DNA of 63,710 nucleotides, filler included, from Nemertoderma westbladi (Eukaryota; Animalia; Xenacoelomorpha), in the NCBI GenBank assembly GCA_032718475.1. It is 3 parts of 3 records of this genome, joined end to end, with 100 filler letters (N's around TTAATTAATTAA, not from the genome) between each part and the next. Parts side by side here need not be neighbours in the genome. Positions count along the whole stretch, not along the records: positions 36,335 to 63,710 come from JAUCBJ010007301.1; 2 more parts are not named here. One strand, given 5' to 3'. The translations under genes and the position numbers were made by a program. Positions 49,989 to 61,950 of this stretch are shown here, piece by piece; the first letter of the stretch is position 1, and every line of letters begins with the position of its first letter. The notes beneath the pieces were generated by a model. The model saw only the letters and a list, made by a program, of their open reading frames with translations. It did not search any database and was not told the DNA's origin.

Positions 49989-51555
49989 GAAGGCCTCACT
50001 CGAGTGTTGGTTTGACTAAATACGCCACCGACAACCACCGACACCTTTCGCATACCACCGACAACCACCGACAACATAGACACAAACCGACACAAACCGA
50101 CAGGTAAGATCGCAAACCGACAGTATACCGACAACTTCGGCAATGTTAGTAAACTATTTCAGTACATGATTATACAATTTTTATTTCCAGTCCAAATATT
50201 TCTAACAAAGTATATTGTCCACTGTCGGCGTGTTGTCCGTGGTGTAATTAGTCATAATACAGTGATAATTTTAATTTAAAATATAATCCCGCCTTCATAA
50301 ATTATCTGTTTAAATTATTATATTGCATAGCGTAATGGTAAAAATCGTTAGTGTTTTTCATATGTCGGTGTGTTGTTATTATTATTAGTTTTTGTCGGTG
50401 GTAGTCAGGTAGTCAGACTGTTGTCGGTGGTGTAGTCAAACTGTTGTTGGTGGTAGTCAGACTGTTGTCGGTGGTAGTCAGACTGTTGTCGGTGGTATAT
50501 TTCTGTGGTATCCGTTCCTATAGGGCCTACTCTAACATACCGTACAGTGCGATACACTGCCGAAATTTATTACTTTACATACAGCTGCACATTGTGTGAC
50601 GTAATTGGTATTTACCTAAATGACGTAAAGTAAAGTGAAGGAAGGAAACAAGAAATAACGGAAGCTCCTTTCTCTCTTGGATGTTAATGTGTTTTACTTT
50701 TTGTTACTCTTTTTCTTTATACAGTTCAGGTACCTACTGTATACAGTATATATTGATTATAGTATATATTGATGTGTTGGTGGAATAATTATATTTATCG
50801 ATTGAAAGATTGGTTGACTTGACAGATAGTCTTCAAAAATATTTTTCCTAAATTAAAGTTAGGTTAACAAATCCAAAAGTACAATATGTCGCCTGGCTTA
50901 TGGGGATACAGAAATCAGAAAAGGTTGAATAGTTATGAAGTGGTCATTCTTGGGAGATTGTGTTGGGCAACCATTCTTTTCCGGTAACATCCAAGAGAGA
51001 AGGAGCTTCAGTTGTTTCTTGTTTCCTTCCTTCACTTTACTTTCCATCATTTAGGTAAATACCAATTACTGCACATAATGTGCAGGTGTATGTAAAGTAA
51101 TACATTTCGGAATTGTATTGCACTGTACTGTATGTCAGAGTATAGGAACTGATACCGCAGAAAAATGCCACCCACAATAGTCTGACTACCACCGACAAAA
51201 ACTAATAATAAAAGAAACACACCGACATATGAAAAACAATAACGATTTTTACCATTACGCTATGCAAAATATAATAATTTAAAACAGATAATTTATGAAG
51301 GCGGGATTATATTTTAAATAAATTACCATGACTAATTACACCACCGACAACAGGCCGACAGTGGACAATATAATTTGTTATAAATATTTGGATTGGAAAT
51401 AAAAATTGTATAACCATGTACTGAAATAGTTTACTAACATTGCCGAAGTTGTCGGTATACTGTCGGTTTGCGATTTTACCTGTCGGTTTGTGTCTTTTGT
51501 TGTCGGTGGTTGTCGGTGGCGTATTCAGTTAAAAACCCCTCGAGTGTAGGCCTTC
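49989..51555. mobile_element. Long foldback/palindromic element
   Basis: Arm 49989-~50685 is an imperfect reverse complement of ~50985-51555. Ends are gaaggcct(a)cactcgag; there are accgaca sub-repeats and no clear TSD. Confidence 0.8.
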
Positions 51556-51855
51556 CGGTATTGTATTTCACTCCAGTTCGACAAATTGAATTAAAATAAA
51601 CGGAACACAATCTGACAATACACAATAGGCCTATTAGGCAGTTAGGCCTAATATAGATTGCGCGTATAGTTAATGGTTGGAAGTCAGTGTTACCCCTGCT
51701 TTGTACTATCCATTGGGCCCTTTGTTGTCAGTCTGTCAGTTGTAGTCTGTGTAGTGATTTAATTGTAGTATTCGGGTAGACAGTGTCTGTCTGTCGTTTC
51801 CGCCTTCGTCGGGCTGTCTGGAGTGTCGAACTAATGGTTACCGTACAGGGTTAAT

Positions 51856-53286
51856 ATGATTTGGTCCACGAAATCAATTTCAGATGCAATAGCCGAGTCT
51901 CGGCAACGCCGATGTCTCTTCGTTGTCTACGTGTTCAACCCGGATGATAATGCGGCTTCGACCCGAATGGAGGCGCTTTGGTCCAACATGACGATCGTCG
52001 AGGCATTGAAGGACACAGTGGCGGTGCGACTGGAGTCCAATAGCGTAGCGGGGGCCCAGTTCTCGGAGTTCTACCCAGTTCTCTGCGTTCCTTCTGTCTA
52101 TTTCATCGGAACCAACGGTGTCCCGGTGGAGGTCAAAGCCGGCATCCCGGAAAATACTGAAAGTTTCGTTAATGAAATTCGGAAGATAATCGCGAAATCG
52201 GAGGAAAGTGGGAGTGGGGCCACCAGTGGTGAGGCCACCAGCAGCGATGAGACCAGCGGTGAGGCCACCACCACCGGAACTACCTGTACCAGCGATGGGA
52301 CCTGCTCAAGCGGTGGACCGACCATATCGGAACGAGTGGAATCCAGTTCGACTGATCGCGATGAGAAAACAGATAACCCCGGATCGGCGAGTTTAACGGA
52401 GAGAATGGAGAACGCGCAGAGATTACTGGAGAAGAAACGACGTGAAAACGCCGAGAAAGAAAAGGAGAAACAGCGAGTCGACGAACTGAGACGACGGGAA
52501 CTGGGTAAGGCGATGGCCGAACAGAAAGCCAAACTGGACGAGGAGAAGCGACTAAGAGTCGCGGAAGAAATCCGAAAAGCGAAGCAGGAGGAGGTTGCTG
52601 CGAGACAACGAGTTAAAGAAGACATCGAACGGGATCGGCAGGAGAAGCTGAGGAAATATCGGGAGAATAAAGAGGCGGAAGCGACGAAGACGCCTCCGGA
52701 GGCTACCCGAGAGGCGATCCGGGACCCGGGGGCCACGCGGATACAGTTCCGATTCAATGACGGATCCTTCACGACGCGCGAGTTCGACTCCGCGTCCCGG
52801 TTCGCCGACGTCCGCCAGTTCGTCGCCTCGCACTCCGGGTCCCCGTCGCTCCGACTGGTTCGCACCTACCCCCGTCGCGTCCTCGACTCCGCCGACGATC
52901 ACCGCTCGCTCGCCGAACTCGATCTCTCACCAACCGCGGTGATCCTTGCCACGCCGGTTCCGAGTCGCGTTGACGCCGTCTCTGATTCAGCCACCGCAAC
53001 CTATCGAGGCGTCTCAGTGTTCCTCTACTCGCTGTTCGTTCTTCCCTTTCTGCAGCTGTGGACGTCTCTTCGCGAGTATTTCTTTCCCAGCGCCGCTCCC
53101 ACGGTGGTTCGCAGAGCCCCTGAGACGCAACGCGATGCGCCATCCAGCGGCGGCACGAGGCCAGCGCCCCCACGCGGCGGGATCCGCAGAATGACTGACC
53201 TCCGTAAGGAAGAAAGTCAGGACGATAAAAATAAATTCTGGAACGGCAATTCAACGCAATTCGGGGGCAGCAAAAAGGATGAATAA
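51856..53286 (+). CDS. UBXN4: UBX domain-containing protein 4 (erasin), intronless
   Basis: Thioredoxin-like N-terminus (LFVVYV…QFSEFYPVLCVPSVYFIG.NGVP.EV), coiled coil, UBX domain (RIQFRFNDGS…TYPRR…SLAELDLSPTAVI), hydrophobic segment and C-terminal WNGNSTQ. Confidence 0.93.
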   Translation: MIWSTKSISDAIAESRQRRCLFVVYVFNPDDNAASTRMEALWSNMTIVEALKDTVAVRLESNSVAGAQFSEFYPVLCVPSVYFIGTNGVPVEVKAGIPENTESFVNEIRKIIAKSEESGSGATSGEATSSDETSGEATTTGTTCTSDGTCSSGGPTISERVESSSTDRDEKTDNPGSASLTERMENAQRLLEKKRRENAEKEKEKQRVDELRRRELGKAMAEQKAKLDEEKRLRVAEEIRKAKQEEVAARQRVKEDIERDRQEKLRKYRENKEAEATKTPPEATREAIRDPGATRIQFRFNDGSFTTREFDSASRFADVRQFVASHSGSPSLRLVRTYPRRVLDSADDHRSLAELDLSPTAVILATPVPSRVDAVSDSATATYRGVSVFLYSLFVLPFLQLWTSLREYFFPSAAPTVVRRAPETQRDAPSSGGTRPAPPRGGIRRMTDLRKEESQDDKNKFWNGNSTQFGGSKKDE

Positions 53287-54071
53287 TTTATTTGGATTCG
53301 GGTAGTTTTTAAGTTTATTGTTTTTGGTGAATTTCACAGTAAGTCCAGAATTCCTTAACTTTGAGACAATATAGTTTAGTTAGCAGGCAGTACAGACGAG
53401 CCGTACACTATAATTATACTGGCCCTAAATAATTCGGTATTCCTCAAAATGTACTAGATGTGGTGAAACAATAAGGTGTAAATTATTTACATTTTGGCTG
53501 ACGTCTTTCCGATGCGCCTTCATCAACTTTAATATCGTATCACCTAAACTTCTAACAGCAGAAAGTTAATATTTCTCGATTAAAATGTTTTCCGAAAAAT
53601 TTGATGTTAGGAATTTCCATTTAATGTTAACATTATTAACTCCTTCGACTTCTTAAAAACAATGAGCCGAGGTCTTTCTACATCTGCATCATCTAAATTG
53701 ATACGATTAATTAAAAATAATTACAATTGTTACAAAAAGTATTAATCACATTCATAGTAATGAAAAGTAATAATCGTTTATGCGTAATATAAATTTATTC
53801 TTAATATTATTAACTACTTTTTCATAATATTTGAATACCAATTACCAATATATCATATTCTCTTAATTTTTGGTATACAAATTGCATACAATAGAAGCTA
53901 ACATCATTAGACTGGCGATGGGACTTTCTTCGTGGGCAGGAATAGGTATTTTTATTCACAAAAAATTGTGATAATAATGAAATAATACTATTTATCAGAT
54001 TAAATTAACACAATCTTCAAATTATTGGAAAGAATCTGTAGTTCTTGAGAAGATCTGTTCCACTGTTTGAG

Positions 54072-54820
54072 CGCCCGTACCCGTGCCCGACCCGTAACCT
54101 TGCCCGCCCATACCCGTGCCCGCCCGTACACGTGCCCGCCCGTACCCGTGCCCGCCCGTACCCGTGCCCGCCCGTACCCGTGCCCGCCCGTACCCGTGCC
54201 CGCCCGTACCCGTGCCCGCCCGTACCCGTGCCCGCCCGTACCCGTACCCGTGCCCGCCCGTTCCCGCCCGTGCCCGACCCGTACCCGCCCGTGTCCGCCC
54301 ATGCCCGACCCGTACCCGCCCGTACCCGTGCCCGACCCGTACCCGCTCGTGCCCGCCCGTGCCCGACCGTACTCGTGCCCGCCCGTACCCGTGCCCGCCC
54401 GTGGCCGACCGTACCCGTGCCCGCCCGACCCGTGCCCGCCCGTGACCGACCCGTACCCACCCGTGCCCGCCCGTACCCGTGCCCGCCCGTACCCGTGCCC
54501 GCCCGTTCCTGACCCGTACCCGCCCGTACCCGTGCCCGCTCGTACCCGTGCCCGACCGACCCGTGCCCGCCCGTATCCGTGCCCGCCCGTATCCGTGCCC
54601 GCCCGTACCCGTGCCCGACCGTACCCATGCCCGCCCGTGCCCGCCCGTGCCCGCCCGTGCCCGACCCGTACCCGCCCGTGCCCACCCGTACCCGTGCCCG
54701 CCCCCGCCCGTACCCGCCCGTGCCCGACCCGTACCCTCCCGTGCCCGCCCGACCCGTACCCGCCCGTACCTGTGCCCGCCTGACCCGTACCCGCCCGTGC
54801 CCGACCCGTACCCGTGCCCT
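54072..54820. repeat. GC-rich CCCG-based minisatellite, probably expanded subterminal repeats of a hAT-like end
   Basis: cccgta/cccgtg/cccg units (~16-bp period); the minus-strand end reads TAGGGCACGGG at 54820. Confidence 0.85.
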
Positions 54821-55797
54821 ATTTGTGTGGACTCGCATAAAATGTAATACAATTTATCGAGATATAATCTGTCCCAGCCCACTATGTCCGACGATATATT
54901 TTCTGATGAGGTACAAATTGGCCTCATCGTACTGAGATCGTGATCGGGTCATTGGCACTATGGTTGGTAACTTCACCCAAAACAATGATTAAATGTTACA
55001 TCATTCTTGTTCACTATCTGATACTTTTTGAGGTGGATTCCGGCAGTGGATACCGACAACCAACTCATTAATTTGTATCCGAGTATTATAAATATTTCCG
55101 TGTCAACATAATTATTCATTACATGAGGAAAAAAGTAAAACTTTTTCACTATAATATTGAAAAAAAGGTGACGTTTTTTCCTATGTAAGTAATACCGGTA
55201 CTACTGTACGTAATTTTATTCTGAAATTGATACTTTTTTGTTGCTCAATTCTTTAATTAAAATATAGAACGATATAGTGTTACAAAATAAATTAAACTGC
55301 AGTATTTTACTATATTGCTTCCATAGTTACTAAGATCCCTAATACTCTAATACTCTAATTACTAATACTCTGTTAATAGTCTACCAATTATTTTTGGAAT
55401 AAAACAACTGTCGCACGCCGACAACTTTGGCCACTGAATTTATTGCACTATTTTCCAGGATATGGGGATTAAGTATTTAAATGTAATGTTCATCATACAT
55501 CAACATATATTGACTTCTATCTGTTAACTAAATACTTGGTATTGTTATTGTTTATTTAATATTTACAAACTATATGATGCAATTATTTATTATTGTTTAC
55601 TATTTTATTTTTCCACATAAGATAATTTTGGTGATTTTGATTCCTTCTCGTTTGACTTCACCCATTCTTTCTAGCTTGCATTCACCCATTCGCTTTGCCC
55701 ACCAGCGGCATTGCTGCTGCAAAGCAATAAATAAACTTCTTAGTTGTTTTGTTAATAAAGTAAAGTTATCGGTAAAATAAAGCAACGAAATATCTGT

Positions 55798-57044
55798 ACT
55801 AAGTGTGACTAGATTACATTCTCCTGAGCCCATGTCGGGACAGTCAGTAACTAAGTGTGACTAGATTACATTCTCCTGAGCCCATGTCGGGACAGTCAGT
55901 TACTAAGTGTGACTAGATTACATTCTCCTGAGCCCATGTCGGGACAGTCAGTAACTAAGTGTGACTAGATTACATTCTCCTGAGCCCATGTCGGGACAGT
56001 CAGTAACTAAGTGTGACTAGATTACATTCTCCTGAGCCCATGTCGGGACAGTCAGTTACTAAGTGTGACTAGATTACATTTTCCTGAGCCCATGTCGGGA
56101 CAGTCAGTTACTAAGTGTGACTAGATTACATTCTCCTGAGCCCATGTCGGGACAGTCAGTTACTAAGTGTGACTAGATTACATTCTCCTGAGCCCATGTC
56201 GGGACAGTCAGTAACTAAGTTTTACTAGATTACATTCTCCTGAGCCCATATCGGGACAGTCAGTAACTAAGTGTGACTAGATTACATTCTCCTGAGCCCA
56301 TGTCGGGACAGTCAGTTACTAAGTGTGACTAGATTACATTCTCCTGAGCCCATGTCGGGACAGTCAGTTACTAAGTGTGACTAGATTACATTCTCCTGAG
56401 CCCATGTCGGGACAGTCAGTTACTAAGTGTGACTAGATTACATTCTCCTGAGCCCATGTCGGGACAGTCAGTAACTAAGTTTGACTAGATTACATTCTCC
56501 TGAGCCCATGTCGGGACAGTCAGTAACTAAGTTTGACTAGATTACATTCTCCTGAGCCCATATCGGGACAGTCAGTAACTAAGTGTGACTAGATTACATT
56601 CTCCTGAGCCCATGTCGGGACAGTCAGTTACTAAGTGTGACTAGATTACATTCTCCTGAGCCCATGTCGGGACAGTCAGTTACTAAGTGTGACTAGATTA
56701 CATTCTCCTGAGCCCATGTCGGGACAGTCAGTTACTAAGTGTGACTAGATTACATTCTCCTGAGCCCATGTCGGGACAGTCAGTTACTAAGTGTGACTAG
56801 ATTACATTCTCCTGAGCCCATGTCGGGACAGTCAGTTACTAAGTGTGACTAGATTACATTCTCCTGAGCCCATGTCGGGACAGTCAGTAACTAAGTGTGA
56901 CTAGATTACATTCTCCTGAGCCCATGTCGGGACAGTCAGTTACTAAGTGTGACTAGATTACATTCTCCTGAGCCCATGTCGGGACAGTCAGTTACTAAGT
57001 GTGACTAGATTACATTCTCCTGAGCCCATGTCGGGACAGTCAGT
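55798..57044. repeat. 52-bp satellite, ~24 near-identical copies
   Basis: Unit actaagtgtgactagattacattctcctgagcccatgtcgggacagtcagt(a/t). Confidence 0.97.
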
Positions 57045-57465
57045 ATAAAGCTGGAATTGTTTACGCGAAATAAAGACATCGGCCAACTTTGGTATGCTGG
57101 GAATGGGACAGCTTGTTTTTGCTTGCTTTTGTAAATTCATGAGAATCAATCCAAGGATTTGTTATCGTGTTCTTTAGATTTCAACATACATAATTTGAGA
57201 AATGTGTCAAAATTTCAGCACATAAAACCCATGCGCGTTCATAAATTTGTGTAATTTGAATTTTTGGTGTTTCGGGTGATCCTGCGGCTCCGCCCTGCGG
57301 CTTGTAATTCCACCTATGTTATTGTTGAGAAGAAAATTTGTTTATTGGAGTTTTCTGATGTGCTGAATCTGAAAATAAACTCAAAAATGGATCAAAACTA
57401 TTATGAAATACTGTATTATTCATTTAAATGTATACCGGCCGATGAATGGTAGACCACATTATTAT

Positions 57466-58194
57466 GGGTGTGGGGCGAGCCACGAAGTTTGCGGAGCCTT
57501 AGCGAACTGACAGTTGTAGGGAGGGGGGGGGGGGGGGGGGGGGGGTGCGTTACCATTTTAACATGCTAATATCTTTGTCTGATTTAAAGCTCTCGAGTTG
57601 AAAATATTTAGGATGCGGATAAGATCAAAAGTTGAGATATTTTATTGAGATTTTCTGACACCATTAGTTTAACTGTCTCCCGTTAGAGGACTAGTCTAAA
57701 CATTAAATGTCCTCCAATCTCTTTGCTTTTAATACGTTCAAGCTGAAACTTGTTAGATTTGTACTAGAATATTAGCTGTGGCACTCAAAGGAGGCAAATC
57801 AGTTCTCTAGTCTGTCGCTAAGGGGCTAAATGTCTCAATGGTATCAGTTCTTCAGGCTTCGAGAGGACGAAATGTTTTGAAAGTGAAAACCTTCTCACAG
57901 TTTCCTTGATTTTAATCCGTTTAATCTGAAACTTGATATATATATATAATAAATGTACTAGAAAACTGGCCGCTTCTTTGTGTGTCGCTCCGACTCCTCT
58001 TCCGCTCCGACTCCGCTCTCCGACTCCATCGACACTTCTACAGTTTGCCGCTAGAAATCGAAATATCTGAAAGTGTAAAACCTCTTCTCATTGTGTTATT
58101 TGTTATCCGTTCAAGCTGAAAATTGGCAGATATACATGCTAGACCATAGACCTAGACCATCAACGGACTGCGTCTTTGTTGGAACGGTAATCCC
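57466..58194 (+). mobile_element. Helentron-like tandem-repeat-bearing element, older copy, interrupted by RTE
   Basis: Head gggtgtggggcgagccacgaagtt.gcggagccttagcgaa is shared with 59763; internal repeats are related. Confidence 0.5.
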
Positions 58195-59557
58195 ACGGCA
58201 GTTATCTTTGTTGACTTTTTCAAGGCTTTTGATTCAGTCTCTCGCTCACGTATGTTCAGTCGTGAATGATAAGTGCGTGAGTAAGGGTCTATGCCTCGAT
58301 ACCAAAAAATATAAATATTAAATTTAATTATTAATACCAATACGCATTTCGGGCGTCACACCCGTCTTCGGGGCTATTTAAAAAACACAGCAGAACAAAT
58401 TTATATAAAATAATTAAAATGATTTACGACAATATATGTCTTACTCACGCACTTATCATTCACGATTGAAACGCCTCGGAAAGCATCGTTCAACCATTTA
58501 CGGTATATATCACGTATGTTCAGCATACTTTCATTATATGGGATTCCTGATGAAATTATTGCAGCAATCAGATCAGTATACGATGGTTCGACGACATTTG
58601 TCTACTGTTGATGGTGACACAGAACCATTTGAAGTGTTATGGGGAGTCCTCCAGGGAGACACACTTGCACCATTCATGTACATAATTGTGGTTGACTATG
58701 TTCTACGCATGTCTTTAGATCATCATAATGATGATGGGGTAATGGTAACTCCACCTACTGGCACCAAAAGTCGTGGAAATCCTACCAAGTACCTAACTGA
58801 TCTAGACTTTGCTGATGACTTAGGAGTACTCTCAGAATCACTAGAGGGAGCCCAACGGCTCCTCAGCTCATTAGAACAGACGGCATCTAGTGTTGGTCTT
58901 TTTATTAACTCCAAAATGACCAAAATTTTGACAGTTAACTTTGAAAGTCCTCAGCAAGTATCTGAGCGGATGAGCATAAGCTCAAAGGAATGTTATCAGG
59001 AAGTCGAGGACCTTCGAATACGTAAGGAAAAGGCATGGGCAGCCTTGAATAGGCTTTCCAGGATTTGGAAGTCAAGTAGAATTAATCGGAAACTTAAGGT
59101 CCGATTATTCAGAGCAGCAGTAGTTCCAGTACTCTATGCGAGTTCATGCTGGGCTCTAACTGCTGAGGACACCAAATCTCTGGATGGCACGTTCACGAGA
59201 ATGCTACGCCGGGTTCATTGTGTCAAGTACAATGCACACATCTCCAACCAGACACCATATAACATTGGAGGTGTCTCATTGGTTCCCCCAAGCTTGACGC
59301 TAGAACAAAGACGCCTCCGCTTTGCAGGACAATGCTTTCGCCGTGAGAACCAGCCATTGCATAATTTTGAGCTTTGGCAGCCTCATGGAGTGAATAAGCA
59401 TGATGGGCAGCCCATGACTTTCTTGAGACGCATCTTAAAGGACACTGTCCTTGAAGTGATAGGGAGTTGTGGCGGCTAAATTTTGTCGACAAGCCGGCGC
59501 GGCATTCTTGAAAATGCAGCTGCAATGCAGCATGCCGATCCTAGTAGTTTAGTAGTA
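58195..59557 (+). mobile_element. 5'-truncated RTE LINE, same family as 43180-47295
   Basis: High identity to 46146-47295; (TAG)n tail; degenerate ~23-bp TSD gtctttgttg(g/a)aac(g/a)gtaatccc. Confidence 0.9.
58260..58509. mobile_element. Short Penelope-like insertion
   Basis: 14-bp TSD tcacgtatgttcag, ~27-bp internal inverted repeat and a hammerhead-like core on the minus strand. Confidence 0.55.
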
Positions 59558-59762
59558 GTCTTTGTTGAAACAGTAATCCCTCTGCAGTTCTACAGTCTAC
59601 ACGCTAGAAATGGAAACAATTTATAAATGTCTGAAATGAAAACCATCAACCATTTCGGTATTCAACATAATCCTTTCTTCCAGCTTGATACCCTGGCGCA
59701 TATATTCTAGACCTCAAGAGTTTTTGTGAGGTCGGTGAATGCCGATAACCAATCTGCCTCTA

Positions 59763-61420
59763 GGGTGTGGGGCGAGCCACGAAGTTGGCGGAGCCTTAGC
59801 GAATTGACACTGTTAGGGGGTGGGTCAATTTATGCAAATAGTTGTCGTCGTCGTTGTCGTCGTCGTCGTTGTCGTCGTCGTCGTCGTCGTCGTTACGATT
59901 TTGACATGCTAATAACTTTGTCGGATTTAAAGCTGCCAAGTTGAAAATTTGTAGGTATCAATATGAGCTAAAGTTGAGATTTTTGAGAGACTTTCAGACA
60001 CCATCAGTGCAATGGTCTCCCGCTAGAGGGCCACATGTCTAAACATTAAATGCCCTCCCATTTCTTTGCTTTTAATCCGTTTAAGCTGAAACTTGGCAGA
60101 TATGTATTAGACCATTAGCTGTGACTTTCAAAGGAGGCGAATCCATCTGCAGTTCTCCAGTCTGCCGCTAGAGGGCCAAAGGTCTGAAAGTGAAATCGTT
60201 GTCGTCGTTACGATTTTGACATGCTAATAACTTTGTCGGATTTAAAGCTGCCAAGTTGAAAATTTGTAGGTATCAATATGAGCTAAAGTTGAGATTTTTG
60301 AGAGACTTTCAGACACCATCAGTGCAATGGTCTCCCGCTAGAGGGCCACATGTCTAAACATTAAATGCCCTCCCATTTCTTTGCTTTTAATCCGTTTAAG
60401 CTGAAACTTGGCAGATATGTATTAGACCATTAGCTGTGACTTTCAAAGGAGGCGAATCCATCTGCAGTTCTCCAGTCTGCCGCTAGAGGGCCAAAGGTCT
60501 GAAAGTGAAATCGTTGTCGTCGTTACGATTTTGACATGCTAATAACTTTGTCGGATTTAAAGCTGCCAAGTTGAAAATTTGTAGGTATCAATATGAGCTA
60601 AAGTTGAGATTTTTGAGAGACTTTCAGACACCATCAGTGCAATGGTCTCCCGCTAGAGGGCCACATGTCTAAACATTAAATGCCCTCCCATTTCTTTGCT
60701 TTTAATCCGTTTAAGCTGAAACTTGGCAGATATGTATTAGACCATTAGCTGTGACTTTCAAAGGAGGCGAATCCATCTGCAGTTCTCCAGTCTGCCGCTA
60801 GAGGGCCAAATGTCTGAAAGTGAAATCGTTGTCGTCGTTATGATATTGACATGCTTATAACTTTGTCGAATTTAAAGCTGCCAAGTTGAAAATTTGTTTT
60901 GTTGAAAATCAGTTCAACAGTCACCCGCTATAGGACTACTTTATGCCTGAAAGTGAATAGATTCTCCCGTCTCATTGATTTTAATCAGTTTAAGCTGAAT
61001 CTTGCCATATATTCTGGACCACATGCTGCGTCTTTGTGGGGGGGGGGGGGGGGGGGGAGAGATTTAATCGGTCTGCCGCTATACGACGAAATTTCTGAAA
61101 GTGAGATCCGTCTCTCATTTCGTTATCCGTTATTCAAGATGAAACTTGGCCGATGTACGTATGTACTATTCATCCATAGGCTGTGTCTTTGTGGGGCTGG
61201 AGACCCTAATCCATCTTCAGTTCTCACTATACCGCTAGAGTCAGAAATGTCTGAATAGAAATGAAAGAGGTAAAAAGTGATTAGGCGAAATCTGCTTAAA
61301 ATTTGCTAATACAGTAATACTTTCGAATTAGTACTTAAATTAAATTTAAGTCACGTGCTGCGCGAAGGCCCCACTTCGTGTTGGATCCCATGGCTATGGT
61401 GATTTGTGCCGGTGGTGATT
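59763..61420 (+). mobile_element. Helentron-like element with (GTC)n and 315-bp tandem repeats
   Basis: Head as at 57466, (GTC)n at 59844-59893, units starting 59886/60201/60516/60831, and distal cttcgtg complementary to head cacgaag. Confidence 0.55.
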
Positions 61421-61474
61421 ACGTGATTTATATACAAAAAAAAATATATTACATAAAAAAGCTGGAAGTGGATT

Positions 61475-61950
61475 CTTCACATATTGTTATTCATTCTGAT
61501 AACGGAACCAACTTTATTGCCGCCGAAAGAGAGCTGCGGGAAGCCCTCAATGCCATCGATCACGGCGCGATACGTAGCACCCTGGCGCACCTCAATATCT
61601 CATGGACAAGAATCCCACCACTTTCACCACACTTTGGTGGTTCATGGGAACGCTTGGTGCGCACAGTGAAACAATCTTTACGTGCCACAATCATGAAGCA
61701 GTGTGTCCATGATGATACACTCTATACCGTGTTGACAGAAATTGAAGCCATTCTCAACTCGCGACCCATTTCTCCAGTCAGCGATAGTATTGATGACTTT
61801 AATGCATTGTCGCCGAGTCACTTCCTTATTGGACAAAGTTATGAGAATGCATCACCCGGTGAATTCAACGATGGTGATATGTTGCTACGTAAGCGTTGGC
61901 GCCAATGCCAATTGCTTACCGACCGACCACTTTTGGAACCGTTTCCAAAA
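61475..61950 (+). mobile_element. BEL/Pao integrase fragment
   Basis: SDNGTNF…PPLSPHFGGSWERLVRTVK…EIEAILNSRPI…LSPSHFLIG…RW…FW. Confidence 0.92.

Noticed and set aside
52098-53254. Antisense ORFs over UBXN4 and over the LINE ORFs
   Set aside because: Shadow ORFs of real coding frames.
54000-54935. Long Gly/Arg/Pro-rich ORFs in all frames
   Set aside because: By-product of a stop-free GC-rich repeat.
54903-54950. Hammerhead-like CTGATGAG-gtac…gtac-tGAGA
   Set aside because: The GAAA core is altered and there is no convincing stem I; may be chance.
55798-57044. Regular arrays (also 40224-40520, 16689-17075, 14460-14772) as CRISPR
   Set aside because: Head-to-tail repeats with no unique spacers, no cas genes and a eukaryotic context.
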